From the NCBI GenBank assembly GCA_003344405.1, contig NOWV01000010.1, positions 186,001-250,000 on the forward strand: a stretch of DNA of 64,000 bases. The letters run 5' to 3'. The translations under genes and the position numbers were made by a program. The notes below the pieces were generated by a model, which was not told where the DNA came from, ran no database searches, and saw only the letters and a list, made by a program, of their open reading frames with translations. Positions 25,633 to 40,074 of the stretch are shown piece after piece. How positions within the stretch are numbered: position 1 is the stretch's first letter; the number at the start of each line of letters is the position of its first letter. Origin of the DNA: Trichoplax sp. H2. Lineage: Eukaryota.

Positions 25633-28600
25633 ATTGATTCACTATTAGGTCATAAACATTTTATGTACCAATTAGATTTTGATGCAATAACATCAGTTTT
25701 ATTCTAAATGCTATGAAATTAACGTAATTTGGACAATATAATAATTTCAGTAGTGTTAACATTTATTTATAGTAACGAAATTTTATAAAAAACTGATTTC
25801 ACGAAATTAAAATTAATCATGATTCTAAGAACTATATAATGATGGGCATTTCAAGCAACGTGACATTCCAAGTTCGGTATTAAAGTTAAAAGTAAAAATT
25901 TCTAATGTTTTATCGTTGTCCGATATTATTAAACGAAATTTTCCCGTCAAAAATCAGTTAATATTTACATGTAAGTCTCACGGAAAACGCTGCGATTATA
26001 CAATAATTATAATTACTACACTGATTCACCACGCTGATTTGGTAGATTTCACTGTTATATATCGGAAAATAGTTTGCTAACTCAATAAGATAAGTCGTAA
26101 AAAGATGTAATGGTACAGTATGGTTTCACTTCACTAAAACCATCTAAGTGCTGCTTGTAAAATTAGCGGAACTGATACGCTATTACTGCCCTAGCAAATT
26201 ATTCATAAATTCTGTACTGTAGATTGTAGAAGAAATGTTCAAAAATTTTATCATTCTCCTTCCGTTGCATACCGTACTGATTAACTATTTTAAATGATTG
26301 AACTCTGATGATATGAGTAAGTTTTCTTCATCAAAACTAGACGGTAAGGAAATATTTTTAATGTGTTTAAAGTGTTGTAATTTTTTGTAACTCATTAATC
26401 AGTTGTAACATCGTACATAAATTACTTTGATTGATTTAGCAAATTATCTAGATAGGCAGCCAGTAAAATTCTAATATATGCGTATACTAATTAACAAAAC
26501 GTTGTTCTAATTATTCTGTGGCATTTTTCTTCATGATTAAAAGTAGTCAGAACGTAATTTAACATATTAATTTTAGAACCTAAAGAAAACTAAAACAAAC
26601 AACACCAAGAACGAGGAACTTCATTAGTCAACGATTACACAATTCATCGATCATCGAAAGCACTGTAACATGTCGAGGATACTGTAGAGTTCAGTGTTGT
26701 TAGTCTACATCATAGTATTCTTGTTTAGTAACGTAGATATTGCTATATCTATAAATATAATTTGACCTTAAGATATATTACCTATAATTAAAAAGTGAAG
26801 AACTTTTGATGCAATTTTCCGCCAGTCAGTAAGGATAAACGATTGTGAGTATAAATCACGCAAAAGCTTGACTAAAAACTCAACATTGCACCGCCTTCGA
26901 TAGAAACAGTAACAAAAGCCTTTAAATTAAGACTTGACAATAATCATTCCAGTGACAGATTTATGAATAATTTAATGACGTAATGATGCTAATTAAATCA
27001 TCGCAACATTACAAAACAATCAAGGACAGAAAGATAGCCAAAGCCTCATACAGATGCATATTGATCAATCATAGACGTCAATAAGCCAAAATCAATGCAA
27101 GAATTTACTTATCCTTTATCAACTCACATAATAGTAAATGTACTGTATACTGGTAGTAATTTACAACAGCGAATAAGCATACGATATAGCCCTATTAATC
27201 AACTTTAGTAGTGTTTTAATTGTGAATCAGTTATTTTACTAACGTGAATAAAGTATCTTTTGTTATCTTGCTACAATTAGTAACGGATTGCGATGACGGT
27301 AATTACAAAAATTTTTTGAGAGGGTTTAGAAGAGCTGTAAAATATTAAAGGCATTTGTAATAAGTTCTCGAGCAAATGTAGAGACAGCGTATTAGTAAAG
27401 CATAGAATTTTATTAAGACTTAACATTTCAAAGTAATTACTAGAGTGCAATTGTCCTTGTTCAAACTTCTACAAAACATTGGTAATGACGTACACTTTAA
27501 ATAATTCATTTAGTCCACATTCTTGTAAGTAATGTTAGCACCTGTTTCTCCTGTTTATGATTTTAATAAAACGCTCAACTGCTTATTATTACGAGATAAT
27601 ATCTAATACTTTATTTTGGCATTAGGGACATTAGTTACAATTATCGATTCTAAATGATATTTAATCGTATCTGTTGTTAAAATACTCAAAATTTTCCCTT
27701 TTAATAGACTCAACACCTATCTCAAAATGTTATACTAGTTAAATTTATTGGAAAGTAATTAAATTAAATCACTTTAAAAGTATACTCATACTCGAACTAT
27801 TATCTACTGTATATTATATTATAAAGTTTTCACCGAATAAGCTTTACAGTACAAACACGGTACTGTTGCTCTACAATATTTCGACAGGTCTTTCGATAGG
27901 TCTTGTACCTTACTAACGCCCAACATATCGTTTGTACAGTATATTTATACTGTAAAAGTAAGTGGAGTGAACTGATGTTGGTTATTTTAAGGTTGTACAA
28001 ATATGCTTTGGAAGATTTTAATGTAAAAAGATACAATAAAAGTTTGTTTATCCGGGTACTTAAGAAAATCATAAACTGTCTACCATTTTGTTCAATTAAC
28101 GCTGTCGAAGATGGGTTATGCTGCACATTCACTGGAACTAATTTATAAAATCTTCCTAACGTGAAAAACCTGAATTTTATTATAGAGCTCTTATTTCGAA
28201 CTTTCTTAATTACAATATCAATTTTTTACAGTACGTATAAATCATGCATGAAATATATCAACGAGGCTTTATCAAAATTTGATATAAATTTTGGCTTAAA
28301 GGTTGTACTTGTGATGGTATACTCAATTTTGTCAACAGTAAACATCTAAAGAGAAAAATAATATACTAAAACCAGCGTATTTATAAATTATTAATGTATA
28401 TCCTAAATGAGATAAACGGAATGGAATTTGTACATATATCGAAAGAGTAATCGATTAAAACTTTCACATTACTTTCCAAACTAAACTGATATTTAACATT
28501 GGCTCAGATAAAATATAAAGATAGAAACAGATATTAACACTTGTCAGAAGAACTGAAAACAGTTAATGATTGGACAATTTTTTGTCAACTTGAACGGCAT

Positions 28601-28995
28601 AACCAATGTCTCATAAAATTAATGAGTGGCAGAAAGTCTAAGCGTGAAATTTGTTTCGTAGTTGTCGCTTATACATCCGATGTTACTGAATTATTTATAC
28701 GAAAAACAAAAGAGTAAATTGCTAATGTATTTATGAAGACTTCTGAATTATTTCTACTATTGTAGCAAGTATCTCAGTTACTCAGATAAATGAAATACTG
28801 ATAGAGTCTGATACGATTAGTTGAGTTTCTTCTATTAAGCGACATAGTCTGGATCAGGATTTGCTGCTTCACAGCTGTTAGTGCTATTCGATCTGTTACT
28901 ATCGTCAAGGTTATAACAGTGAAAAAATTGATATTAATCCATTAAGTAAATTCAAATTTGCTTGAAACCTACTCTACTATACTATTTATTATTAA

Positions 28996-31900
28996 TTATA
29001 AATCTAAGGATATTTGCTTCATTCTTTTGCAGCTACCACCATCTAAAGACTTCCTAGAACTTAATTTTCTCTTAATTGCACCATCTACTCTTTTGACATG
29101 GTTACGTATGCCAGTTTCCTGAGGGATTAATATATTTCTACCTGAGATCGGGTACTTGAATATCTTATTCTAAGAACGTTTGTGATAACATCTTTTCATG
29201 GCATGAATACTTATTAATAGTAAAACCGAATCTTACTCCTTCCTTGATATCCTCTTCGCCTTCGGCTATTGACAACATGGCATCGCATCCGTCATCATAA
29301 TCTTTATTATGAGTAGTTGCTATGGCAGATTTTAGCTAATGATACATAACATTCAATTCATGTAAATGTTAAGACAAAATGTAAGGATTATTTTAATAAA
29401 AATAAAACGTTAAGTATTTCATATCGAACTTGTAAGTATAATTTGACTGCAATCGCAGGTTCTGCTTGATTCTTCATGTTTTCGATAACATTTCTTGGAT
29501 CAAATAAGTCAGCATTTCTTCTTGTTAGACTTTTATCATTAACTTTAGCATTATCCGAAGGCGAATAACCAATACATTTGCTATAATAAAATATACAAAA
29601 TCTCATCTTTAAATGATAATACTCGCTTTGGATAAGATAGTGACATATCTTTACCTTTCCGAGATACTATACAAAGACTTCAGATGATCTCGTAATTGAA
29701 TCAGCAAAAGGCATGATAACGTAGGATAAATGAAGCGCCGATAATCAAAATCGCCATTAGAGAATTCAACTATGGAAGAAATCATCTATTTTTAATGACC
29801 ACTCTAAATATGCATCGGAACAATTTCATTTCGAAGTATTAAGATCATTAAGAAATTTTCTTAATTTTTACCTTTTAATGCGTCAACACTGCTACTATCT
29901 AAATCTTCCTCACTGTCTTCAAACTGAAAAGTCTTAGAATAGAAGTCAGTTGGGTTTAAAATCACACTTTTTGAATTTTCGAAATTTTAAAGGGTTTACC
30001 TTGCCAACGGCGTCTAATAAATTTGTACCCATCACGGAAAGTGTTAAATCAAGCTGGTGAATTAGGAACAAAGGCTCATCTTGGATGTTATACGGAAAAT
30101 ATGCTAAATTACCAGCTATATATAAAAGATATTCTATTTCTTTCCCCTAGAAAGAAAGTAAAATAAGTAATACTAGCTGTTTTAGTAAAGATGAAACAAG
30201 AAGCAGTATATCGATTTTTAGAATTAACTGTCACCGAGTTATTGTCAGTTTCAAAATATCGCAACAAGGAATGTGCCAAAGCTCGTCTATATCGACGGTT
30301 AGAACGAAGTAGCATATAACAGCAACTACATAATGCGGATGCCGATTCTTTTGAATAACCTCGAACTATTGAGCCCTGTCAAGAATTAATATATGTAATA
30401 TTTGAACAGATCTTTAGCTTTGACTTTCAACTGTTTCTTTAATAATAAAATATAAGCGACCATTAGTCGCCAACATATCATTTAATTTTTAATGATTCGT
30501 GATTGATTACTTGTAATTTCTTATGCAATTCAAATGTGAGCCTAATCCCTTGAGCGGCCTTTGACTAAAATGGTATGCATTTGAGTCACCATTGAACATT
30601 TGATTAATCGGTTAAACTATTTATATCAGAAATCAGAGCATAAAAAAATTCGGAAACAGACCTGAACGAAATTAAGATAGTCACTTGCTAAAGTTGATAA
30701 TTGTTTTTCTGCTAAAATTTTTGTCGACTTTTGTGGATCAGTTGAAAGGGTAATTAAATAAGGTACGCACTAAAGATAACGAGATTGGGACAGAAAATGA
30801 GAAATTTTACGTGCTACGCAAAATAATCTATAATTAATAGGCATCATACCTTTATTGGATGCATTAATCCATCACGTAAAATTCGTAAGATAACATTTAA
30901 AGAGGAATTTCTTATTTCTGATTCGGAATTTGTAGAGGCTTCCAAAACTTCGTTGGCATAATGTTGCACTATCTTGCTAGCTAGACTATAAAAGAATTTC
31001 TTATGGTCAAATTGAGTACTGAAGGGAAAATGTATTTTAAGATTGCATCGTTTTGTACGTTAAATCAGAAAGATTCTTGCTAATGGATATTCACTTTAAC
31101 AATTTTTTTTGTCGCGCTTTTCGCGTCTCCATTTTCAAATCTAAAGTATGTGAATTTTCGAATAAAAATTTGTAATCATTTAATTTACCTAGATCTAGCA
31201 TCTCCTAACTGTCCCAAATTTTTGTTGGAGTTTGATTTTTTCCCTAAAATTGTTGTATAGGAATTACTTAAAATGCATATAATCAATGAAGTAAAGCTTA
31301 ACGTACAGGTATCTTCCGCCTTTTGGGTTCTTTTGTCTTCTTCAATAAGGTAATGCTCTATATTCTTTAATACCTATGAAATAAGAAGATTTAATTTACT
31401 TTAAATATGTTAGTTCCAGAAAAATTGTACAACTATGAAAATGCTTACCTGGCACATGAGTTTTGTCGAGGATTTTCGCGAATTTAAGACTTTTTTGTAT
31501 TTTTCAGAAAGTTTTTTATGCATTAATAGTTTTGGATATCGGACGCATAAACTTCCTATTGCATTCAATGGTAATACAACAATAAGACTTAGGGTATTCG
31601 GTTTTATGCGAAGTGACAGCAGGAAAAAAATTGAGGAAGTTAAGATCTCAATACTACCGATGCCAGTAAAAGCTTTAAGAAGGACTTCTCCATCTTCACA
31701 TTGGCAGAAAGCTAGGAAAAGTTCAAATGTGCTATCAAGCTGATAACAAAATTTAAACAAGTTTAGTGACTTTTTCTGTCAGATAAGTTACAGAATTTTA
31801 ATAATCAGATTACAATCTTACATTTAATTCTGAACTGTCAGAGCTTAAATCCATATCAAAATTTTTATAGAGCATTCCAACTACGAATAATGCTCTCATA

Positions 31901-34900
31901 ATTCGAGGTTTATTTGACGTTAACTTCGATTCGATTAACAGTAATTCCTGGTTTGTAACGCTACGTAATAAACCTACGGGATTGAATTAGCAAATAAAGT
32001 ATAGATATATTAATAAACTACGTTAACATTATTTAATACCCATTTTCTTATAGTATTTACACAAGCTTACCAATATATTTACGTAGACAGTCTCTAACCA
32101 AGTCGTAATTGTGAGTTACTTCATTTACTATGACAGTTAAGCAGCTAATACAATTTTGAACAACCTAAAATATTACATGAAAGAGTAATCACTGTATATA
32201 GGTGCAATAACATAAAATCTTCTATGTACAATGTTTACCGTTTGTCCTTGAATGAGGATAAGTTTCATAAGATCTTTTTCTAAATCTGCCAAGAAAGACT
32301 TACTCGGATGTTGCATCAATGGTAAAACATATTCTAATATACAAGGTACAGTTCGAAGTATCGCGGCATCAGCTTTGGTAGAACATTTCATACTTAAGTA
32401 AGGCTGAAGTCGGGGTGCGTAATCTACTACTAATTGTGGGAAACATTTACTAAAAACGAGTAGTGTTGAAAAACAAGCTACAACCTTTACATCCGCTTTT
32501 TCATCATTTTTTGATATATTTACTAACTGATCTTCGAATTTTAAAATGCTTTCCAGTAAGTTTGCTAGGATGACTTTACTAGAATTAGTAACAGCTTCGC
32601 TATAGGAACTGAAATCACTAGATTTTACCATATGTCTTATTAGATTTTCAAGACATTCTAAAGCGGAGTCATGGCATATCGCTACACAGTTTACAAGATC
32701 ATCTGTAACTTTTTTGACCTCATCTCCAGACTTGCTATCACAGGAAAACCAGACGTGCTGAAATACTTTAGTAACCAAATCCTTAACACTCTCGTCATCA
32801 TTGAAACGGAGTAGTATACGAACGCAAATTTCAGGGTTCTTTTCAAACGCTGGGAATCGGGTGTACAAGTCTTTCAGAACTTTAATAACACGCTTCCGTA
32901 CACTTATACCAGTATCAAGGATTCTTTCTATCAGGATTTCGAAATACTGCTCACACAGTTGTATGTTTGTGAGCATGAACTTTCCTGTTAATTCTACAGC
33001 CGCTTCTCTAACCGAAACTGACGTATCTAACAACCTAGCATGAACAGCTTGATGGACTTCTTTTCTTCGGAGTATGTTGGGATCTTCTCCTATTATACTC
33101 GTCAGACATTTCAAAGCTCGTGCACGAAGTGCAATGGTAGGCTCGTAAAGCATTCTTAAAAGATGTTGAAGATACGTATCGAAACTACTGAATAACGATC
33201 GCTTGGAAACTACTTTCTGAGACATAGATTCTAGTACTTCAGATGACAACGTTAATTTTGGCCAACGACCACGGATAAGAAGCCGACACATAATGGTTAC
33301 TGCAGAGAGTTTTTTCTTTAAACTTTCTATAATTGCATTATCCTCATTAATATTTGCAGAGTCTTCGAGGGATAAGTTAGCAGAAAGATTAGCAGATTCG
33401 TTGAATTGCTTTTCAATTTCTTTATGGGTTTCATATAGTAAACGACCAATACGGAAATAAACTGCTGGCTACAGACATAGATGTAAAACTTTTAGGCTGA
33501 TCATCTGCAAGCCACATACGGTATCCTCCGTATGCTTAAGTTGACCTGTTACAAGTTCAATAAATAATAATACTCACCTGATACCATGGAAAATCTTTTG
33601 ATTCGCTGTAAAGCTGTCCTATTAAAATCTTCTCGAAATAGTATTCCACAGATTCTAAAATATCGTTTGACTGTTGAAAAATTAGCAACTTAGTGAAATA
33701 CAACAAATAAGCAAGTATTGAAGCTAGGAAAATCACAACAACTATGTTGTACGTCTGTCACTTACATCGTCAATAACGGATTCGTGACTGATTTCGGAAA
33801 TCTATATATAATAAAAATATTACTTAGCTATTTTAAATTTTAACAGTCACAGCTAAAAATTTTTGATAGTATTGTCCGCCATTGATAAGGTACGCATAAA
33901 AATTTATCTAAGAGCTAATTTAAATTAATTAAAATCAAACCTGCGATTGTAGTGCTTTTAAATCAATTTCTTCAATCGAGATGAGACGTTTTCTTAAATG
34001 AGCCGCGACTAAACCAAAATATTCCAAAGACGTCGTTCTAACTGCGATATCATTAGATTTGTCGGTAAAAGTATGTGCTAAACATTTTCCAACTATTCCT
34101 AATAATAATTCAGATGAGGGCCACTCAGGTTTGTCAACTGTTATCAATAAATCTTGAATAAAATTTTCAAAGATCACTTTACGATCTTCTTCGTCTTTCA
34201 CACAATACCTAGGTATTCAAGGCAAAATCATAGAAAATGCTTAAACTTACAGCGGAATCAAATGACTTCTAATTTCTTCTTTAAATTCATGATACATATA
34301 CACATAACATTGTACTAACTTCTTAAAAAATTGCGTGATGAATGACTGTCCATTTCTAACGGCGCTTTCGTATGATTGGCCAATAATGTGCTCTTCAATA
34401 AGTTCTGGCTGTTCCGGCGGTTCCTTTGAACCTGTTCCTTTAGTTGACTTTTTCTTGCTATCTGAATTTTTCAGTACTGGAATCTTTACCATACAGTGAA
34501 ACAGTTGCAGAATAAGAGCAGATACTATTTGTATAGATTCCCCGTTTCCAAGACTACGTAAAAGGATAATAACTAGGTTAATTGATATTTTCATACTGGC
34601 TGTAAATTGAAGGATTTTCCTGACTTACTTGTAACATCGTAAGTTAGTTCGATTACTAGGTAATTTTACTAACGATGAGAGAATATCCTCTATGATCACG
34701 TTCCGGTGTTTATCATATTTTTTGAAAGTCTATAATACAATACATGAAACGAGTGAAAATTATCCATTTGCACATCCGGTAATATTGCAATAGTGTAGCC
34801 ACTTTGACATATCTAAGAAAGTATTTTACCCATCTAATAAGATCCAATGCGCTACGTTGTAGGTCTTTAACGTTATCAACAAAGAACGAAGAAATACCAA

Positions 34901-37900
34901 TCGAGCTTAACTATTGAATTAAAAAGATTGAAATCATTTTTTAGAAATTATCACAATGTATACAGCTTCCTCACCACAACACCGCAAGTAAATTACGTAT
35001 TCTTATTAATAACGTTGGTATTGTTTAAGCGATTAAAAGCCTCAACTAAATTATTACTTACTTGAATAATTATTGTATCAGTAAATGTTGTTATCTGTAC
35101 GAGTTCAGACAATAAAGCAACCGCCTCACAAGTCTTACGATATATGAAATTCACCAACTTGTTTTTGGGGCTTGATACCTTGCCTCGTCCCTTGAGACGA
35201 TTAGAATCGGCTAGAATAATAGCATATTATAACTTAAATGCAATAGACATAATTTATATACAGTATACTGTGTACTCGCTACTGAATAAACTACCCTGCT
35301 GATCGAACAATTTTAAGGAAAATTATGAACATTTAAGAAATAGATATTTCAGACATTACATTTTAAAGAATTATCCGCGGATTTATCTTTGTACATAGGA
35401 TCAAATATAGGGTATAGAGTGTTAACTTGGTGGTAACTAATAATATCAATCAGGCTATCAATGTTTTCATCTGCATATAGAGTCTTTGGCATATTTTTTG
35501 CAGTCAGGATATGAAGGACTGCTACTGTAGCTTCCATTGATGCTGCGATTTCTTCTAACTTTAAATAATTCCATAGCTTCTTTTCTTTATCATCAGCCTA
35601 AAGTTAAGATTAAATCCTATTTAATACCAAATAATTACTCAGCAAAATTAATAAACAATAGCTACTGTATTCTATCAAATACCGGTTCCTCTGTAACTGA
35701 TGATTCTATACATTTGCCATGCCTAATAATGCCCAAAAGAATTTTCACAACTTGTTCAACATCATCAAGGGATATCTCGTAAGCTTCATTTGTTGCCTTC
35801 AATCTTGCAGCCTCAATCGACAACTCAGATAGCACCGTTAAGGGTACAGCAAGTTTATCCGGCTCTGAGCAGATTTGTAAATAAAATTTCAGTTAATTCA
35901 GAGTTTGGTAAAATTCTCAATTTAATTCCCGTACTTTTACTAGATGATTCATCCTTCTTTTTCAGATAATCAGTTATTTTTTCACATAGTGTAACGAAAC
36001 GTTTGTATGTTGTGGATTCACCTGTTCACGGGTTAGTCAAAGAATATATGTTACCTAAGTAAGTAAAAATTTTATAATATAATTATAATTAAGTACCTTC
36101 ATATTCAGACTCTTGGTCAGACTTGTTCTTTAATGAAGTTTTTCCTTCAAACAATACACGGAAAATCATTCATCGAGAAATACGATTTAAAATGATTACA
36201 TTTTGGTATGTTATTCTAATTTACGAGTGATAGGTTATAGTAAAATTAGGAGCTATATAGCTATAAAGTTTACTAAACATATTTTAGAAATATAGAATAA
36301 GTGCTATGCCTATTGCTGATTCTCTTCATCGCCAATAATCTACCGACTTACGAGATTTTTTGGCAGATGATGGACCGGGTCGTACAAAATTTTCGGAGTC
36401 ACTTGTTCCTGAAGTAGTTTCACATTTCCAAGTGCTATCCTTACTGTCAGATTCACTTACAGCCTAATTTGAATCAGTAACACAACAAAATGCTACATTA
36501 TACAAATTGATTTTAAGCTAAGCAAATGATCTAGAGCGCTTCAATAAGATCATAAAATGTCCTACCGATGTAGACGTCGAGTCTAGTGTAATAACTTCTT
36601 GATTTTCAAATTTGTAAATTGGTTTATCCTTTTTTCTAGGCTGTATTCTTCGCTTTTCAAATACCTGATGAGGTGCCACGTCTTGTACGCTCTCATCGCT
36701 TGTTTCGAGGTGATATCGGTGGGCATTATGCCCATCTACAAACAAAAAGGATTAGGAGTGTTTTAACATAATTTTTGTAAGGAATAACTTTGATAGTATT
36801 GTTTCGAGTATTGCAATAACCTAATAATATTTTACAAAACTTTATACACATAATAAGAGACTACTAAGTATATTAAATGGGTACTTGAATATATAATTTC
36901 TACGATAAGATTTGCTATTATTCCACATGTTAGTTATAAAGCATGAATGTTTGATACCCAAGTTAGAAAAGTATATATCATCGTTTCATGAATGCTTGTT
37001 GTATTTGGATATTGCGAGATATATGATATTAAGTTTATTACTGCTTTAACTTCAGTGTCAATTCCATATTGAGCGATTCGAATTTATAGTATCGCGATAT
37101 GGTTACGAAGATTAATTGCTAAAATCATTCTATATAGCATAATAAATACTGTATACAAAGAGCGCATAAGGTGTATTACCAAAAGTTACTATACAATATA
37201 ATGTAGATATAATAAATATCGTGAACACTGAAAGTATCCAACAGTATCCTATATAAATAGGCTAAAATTTTAATAGAACTATTGATGTCGAGACCATCCA
37301 ACTTAAAGAAATACTATTACCGCTAAGTTAATTCATACCAGGTAATGGATTCGTTAAAGATGAACGATGGCTAAACAGATTAGGAAATCGCTGTTCCAAG
37401 GCGTACACAGAGTAGGGTCTCCTGAGATCGCTTACTGATCCTAATGAGGGTTGTTCTTTGACTTGGCTTTAATTTCGAGTATGAATAAAATTATTGCTGT
37501 TTATTATATATGTATCATCTGATAATGTAGTAATAAGCTAAGATGTTAAAAACTCAAATTAGTCTATATCTATACAATATCTGTATTGCAATCATAACCT
37601 ACTATGGTCGTAGCAATAAAATACCGATTTGCAATTAATAAGTCATAAACAATTAAGCCATTTGCAAATATAAACAAATTTTCATTCCATGTAATGAAAA
37701 TTTCTGACTACATTTGTAACTTACATGTGAGATACGTCCACTGCAAGGAGATCACTACCTAATTTTTCGGTTATTTGACCATCAGTAGTATTTTCTAAAA
37801 ATTTCCATGTTTGTTGTACATCGTTATTGTTAACAGCAGAACCTACATTCGCTGCGCATAGCGGAACTATAGGTTGTGGCACTGGTAGTTTGCTTGGTAC

Positions 37901-39449
37901 TAACAAAAAATAATTAATCAAGAGTTCCTATTATTGGTTCATATAATCCTAAGTTAATTTGACTATAAGTACTGTAAGTTAGATTAGTAACTGCCAAGAG
38001 AAATACGATCTGTTTCACATATATATATATATACATAATAAACCAATAATAACATTATTTTTTCGTTATCGTAAAATGTTGTACCGACTCAGCATGATGG
38101 CTTGGTGTACTGTTAGCAATTAACATATTGACATTTAATATCAAAAGGCTAATTGTAGTCACAATCGCATGGATTATCATTGTCAGGCGAGTTAGTCTGC
38201 TAGATAAAATTACAGTATGATCTGCATGACAATACAGTTGGTACAGTAACAAGATTATTTTAATGTAGAAATACTAAAATAATAGCACAGCACATAAGGT
38301 ACTTATGGCTAGAAAATAATCTAGTATTGAATATTTAGTACGTATCTTGCAGAAAATATGTCAAGAAGTACCAGTAGAAGCAGCAGTAATTTAGTACTCA
38401 AACTCAATTAGTAATAATTATTAACGTGTAGTTTACAGCAAGATCTTAATAAGGATAGAAATGTAGATAATATGCGTATACAGTACGCTAGATAGCAGTA
38501 CAGTAATGTACATCACGCATTGAACTCAATACAATCACAAAGGATGCGAATTCTCTAGCCCTTGTAATTTAAAATCTATCATTCCCTGTAGCCAATAATG
38601 TCAAGTATTATATAGTACACACATGGCCTTAAGAGAGTAAAATTTGTCAAGATATGAGTAAGACAGCCCAATAAATTGAACTGAAAAATGCTCTCAATTT
38701 TCTAACGGACTCACGTAGTATATCCTTACACACAAATATCAGTAAGTAAAATAATTATATAATTGGTCAAAAACAAGTCTTGTCGATTACAATTAAGACT
38801 GAAGTGACGACTTCTAATATTGAGATATCTAACTACAAGTATTAAAACAAAATAATCTATGACTTAATATATAGAACCTTAAGTCTAGCGATAATGTTAT
38901 GCAGTTAAGGTTTATCAATGGCGTAGTTTATTATACGAGTATGATACCATTAGAGGAGCAATGAAATGATAAGCTTGCATACAACTTTATGAAACAATAA
39001 TGTTATATTTGAAGAATGTGCTATGCAATTCTAATTTAAACAAGCAACACATAGTATCTTACTAAGTTGCTTTGCCTAGTTGGAATTATTGTTATTAGAC
39101 TTAAGCAGTAGATAACTAGGATAAGTCAGTATAAGTATGTACACAGTACGTTTATGTTATATTAGGGACGATTAAATACTTTATGTAGTGTATATGCTTA
39201 TGACTGCACAGTAGAGTACTGTGATGAATACACGTACGTATCCAGTATGTTAACTTAATAACATATACCCACAGTACAAGCATAGAGTTGGTAAGAATAT
39301 CAATAGAAGTAAGGTTCTTGTCAAATAATATTGAATGAAATAATAAAATTTAACTTACAGTCTATTAATGTTGACGGTCCAATTAATGTATTAGCAAGTG
39401 CCTTTGAAGAACTTTGATAGGAACTAGCCGGGGCATTATAATCCGCCAT
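28996..39449 (-). CDS. NIPBL: Nipped-B-like / Scc2 cohesin loader (multi-exon)
   Basis: N-terminal MAU2-binding-like segment (TLIGPSTLIDL|VPSKLPVPQP). HEAT region with FENFIQDLLITVDKPEWPSSELLL, IALRARALKCL, LLDTSVSVREAAVEL, RILDTGISVRKRVIK, LAYFPYNIQDEPLF. The last-exon assignment (stop at 28996-28998) is less certain. Confidence 0.93.
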
Positions 39450-40074
39450 TGCCCTTCATAAATGAGAAGATCCTGTCTTTTTAAAATTTCGTATTCTCAC
39501 GAATATTAGCTAGGTTCTGAACGTCAATTTATGACTAGATGCAGTTGATGTCTCTCTGCAATAAAGAGTATATGCAATAAATGAAGATTACTTTTTAGAA
39601 ATACACAGTGCTCGACATAAACATTGTACAGAATTATGACAAACAGAACATGATAAATCAGTGAATTCAGTGGAGCACACTGTTATGGCTTGAGTAACGC
39701 ATAGTTTACAATGCACTTAATGAGTTTGTACAATATGTATATTAATTTAGGCTGTATCAGTATAGTTCTAACTGCATATTTATAAACGAATACATCCTAA
39801 AATATTACTAGTATAACTTTGACTTCAAATGCAGGTCTAATTTTGGGAATTCAAGAGCAAAATCATTCATATTACCTGTATCCTATTCTAATTAGCTGAG
39901 CAAGAAAATCTCTGAAAAAATTCATTCAAGCAATGCAGATACAGTCATACGGAGCGATACGTGTTACCACCGTACGTGTCGTAACGAGTGACTTCATTCA
40001 CCTGACGTTCGTAACTCGTACGCTATTTCAATTCAATTCAATTTTCAAAATTTTGAAAAAGATTCGTTTGTTTC

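Noticed and set aside
27830-28349. ORFs between the Deg/ENaC gene and NIPBL, possibly a transposon remnant
   Set aside because: Short AT-biased frames with no convincing integrase, RT or transposase motif and no terminal repeats.
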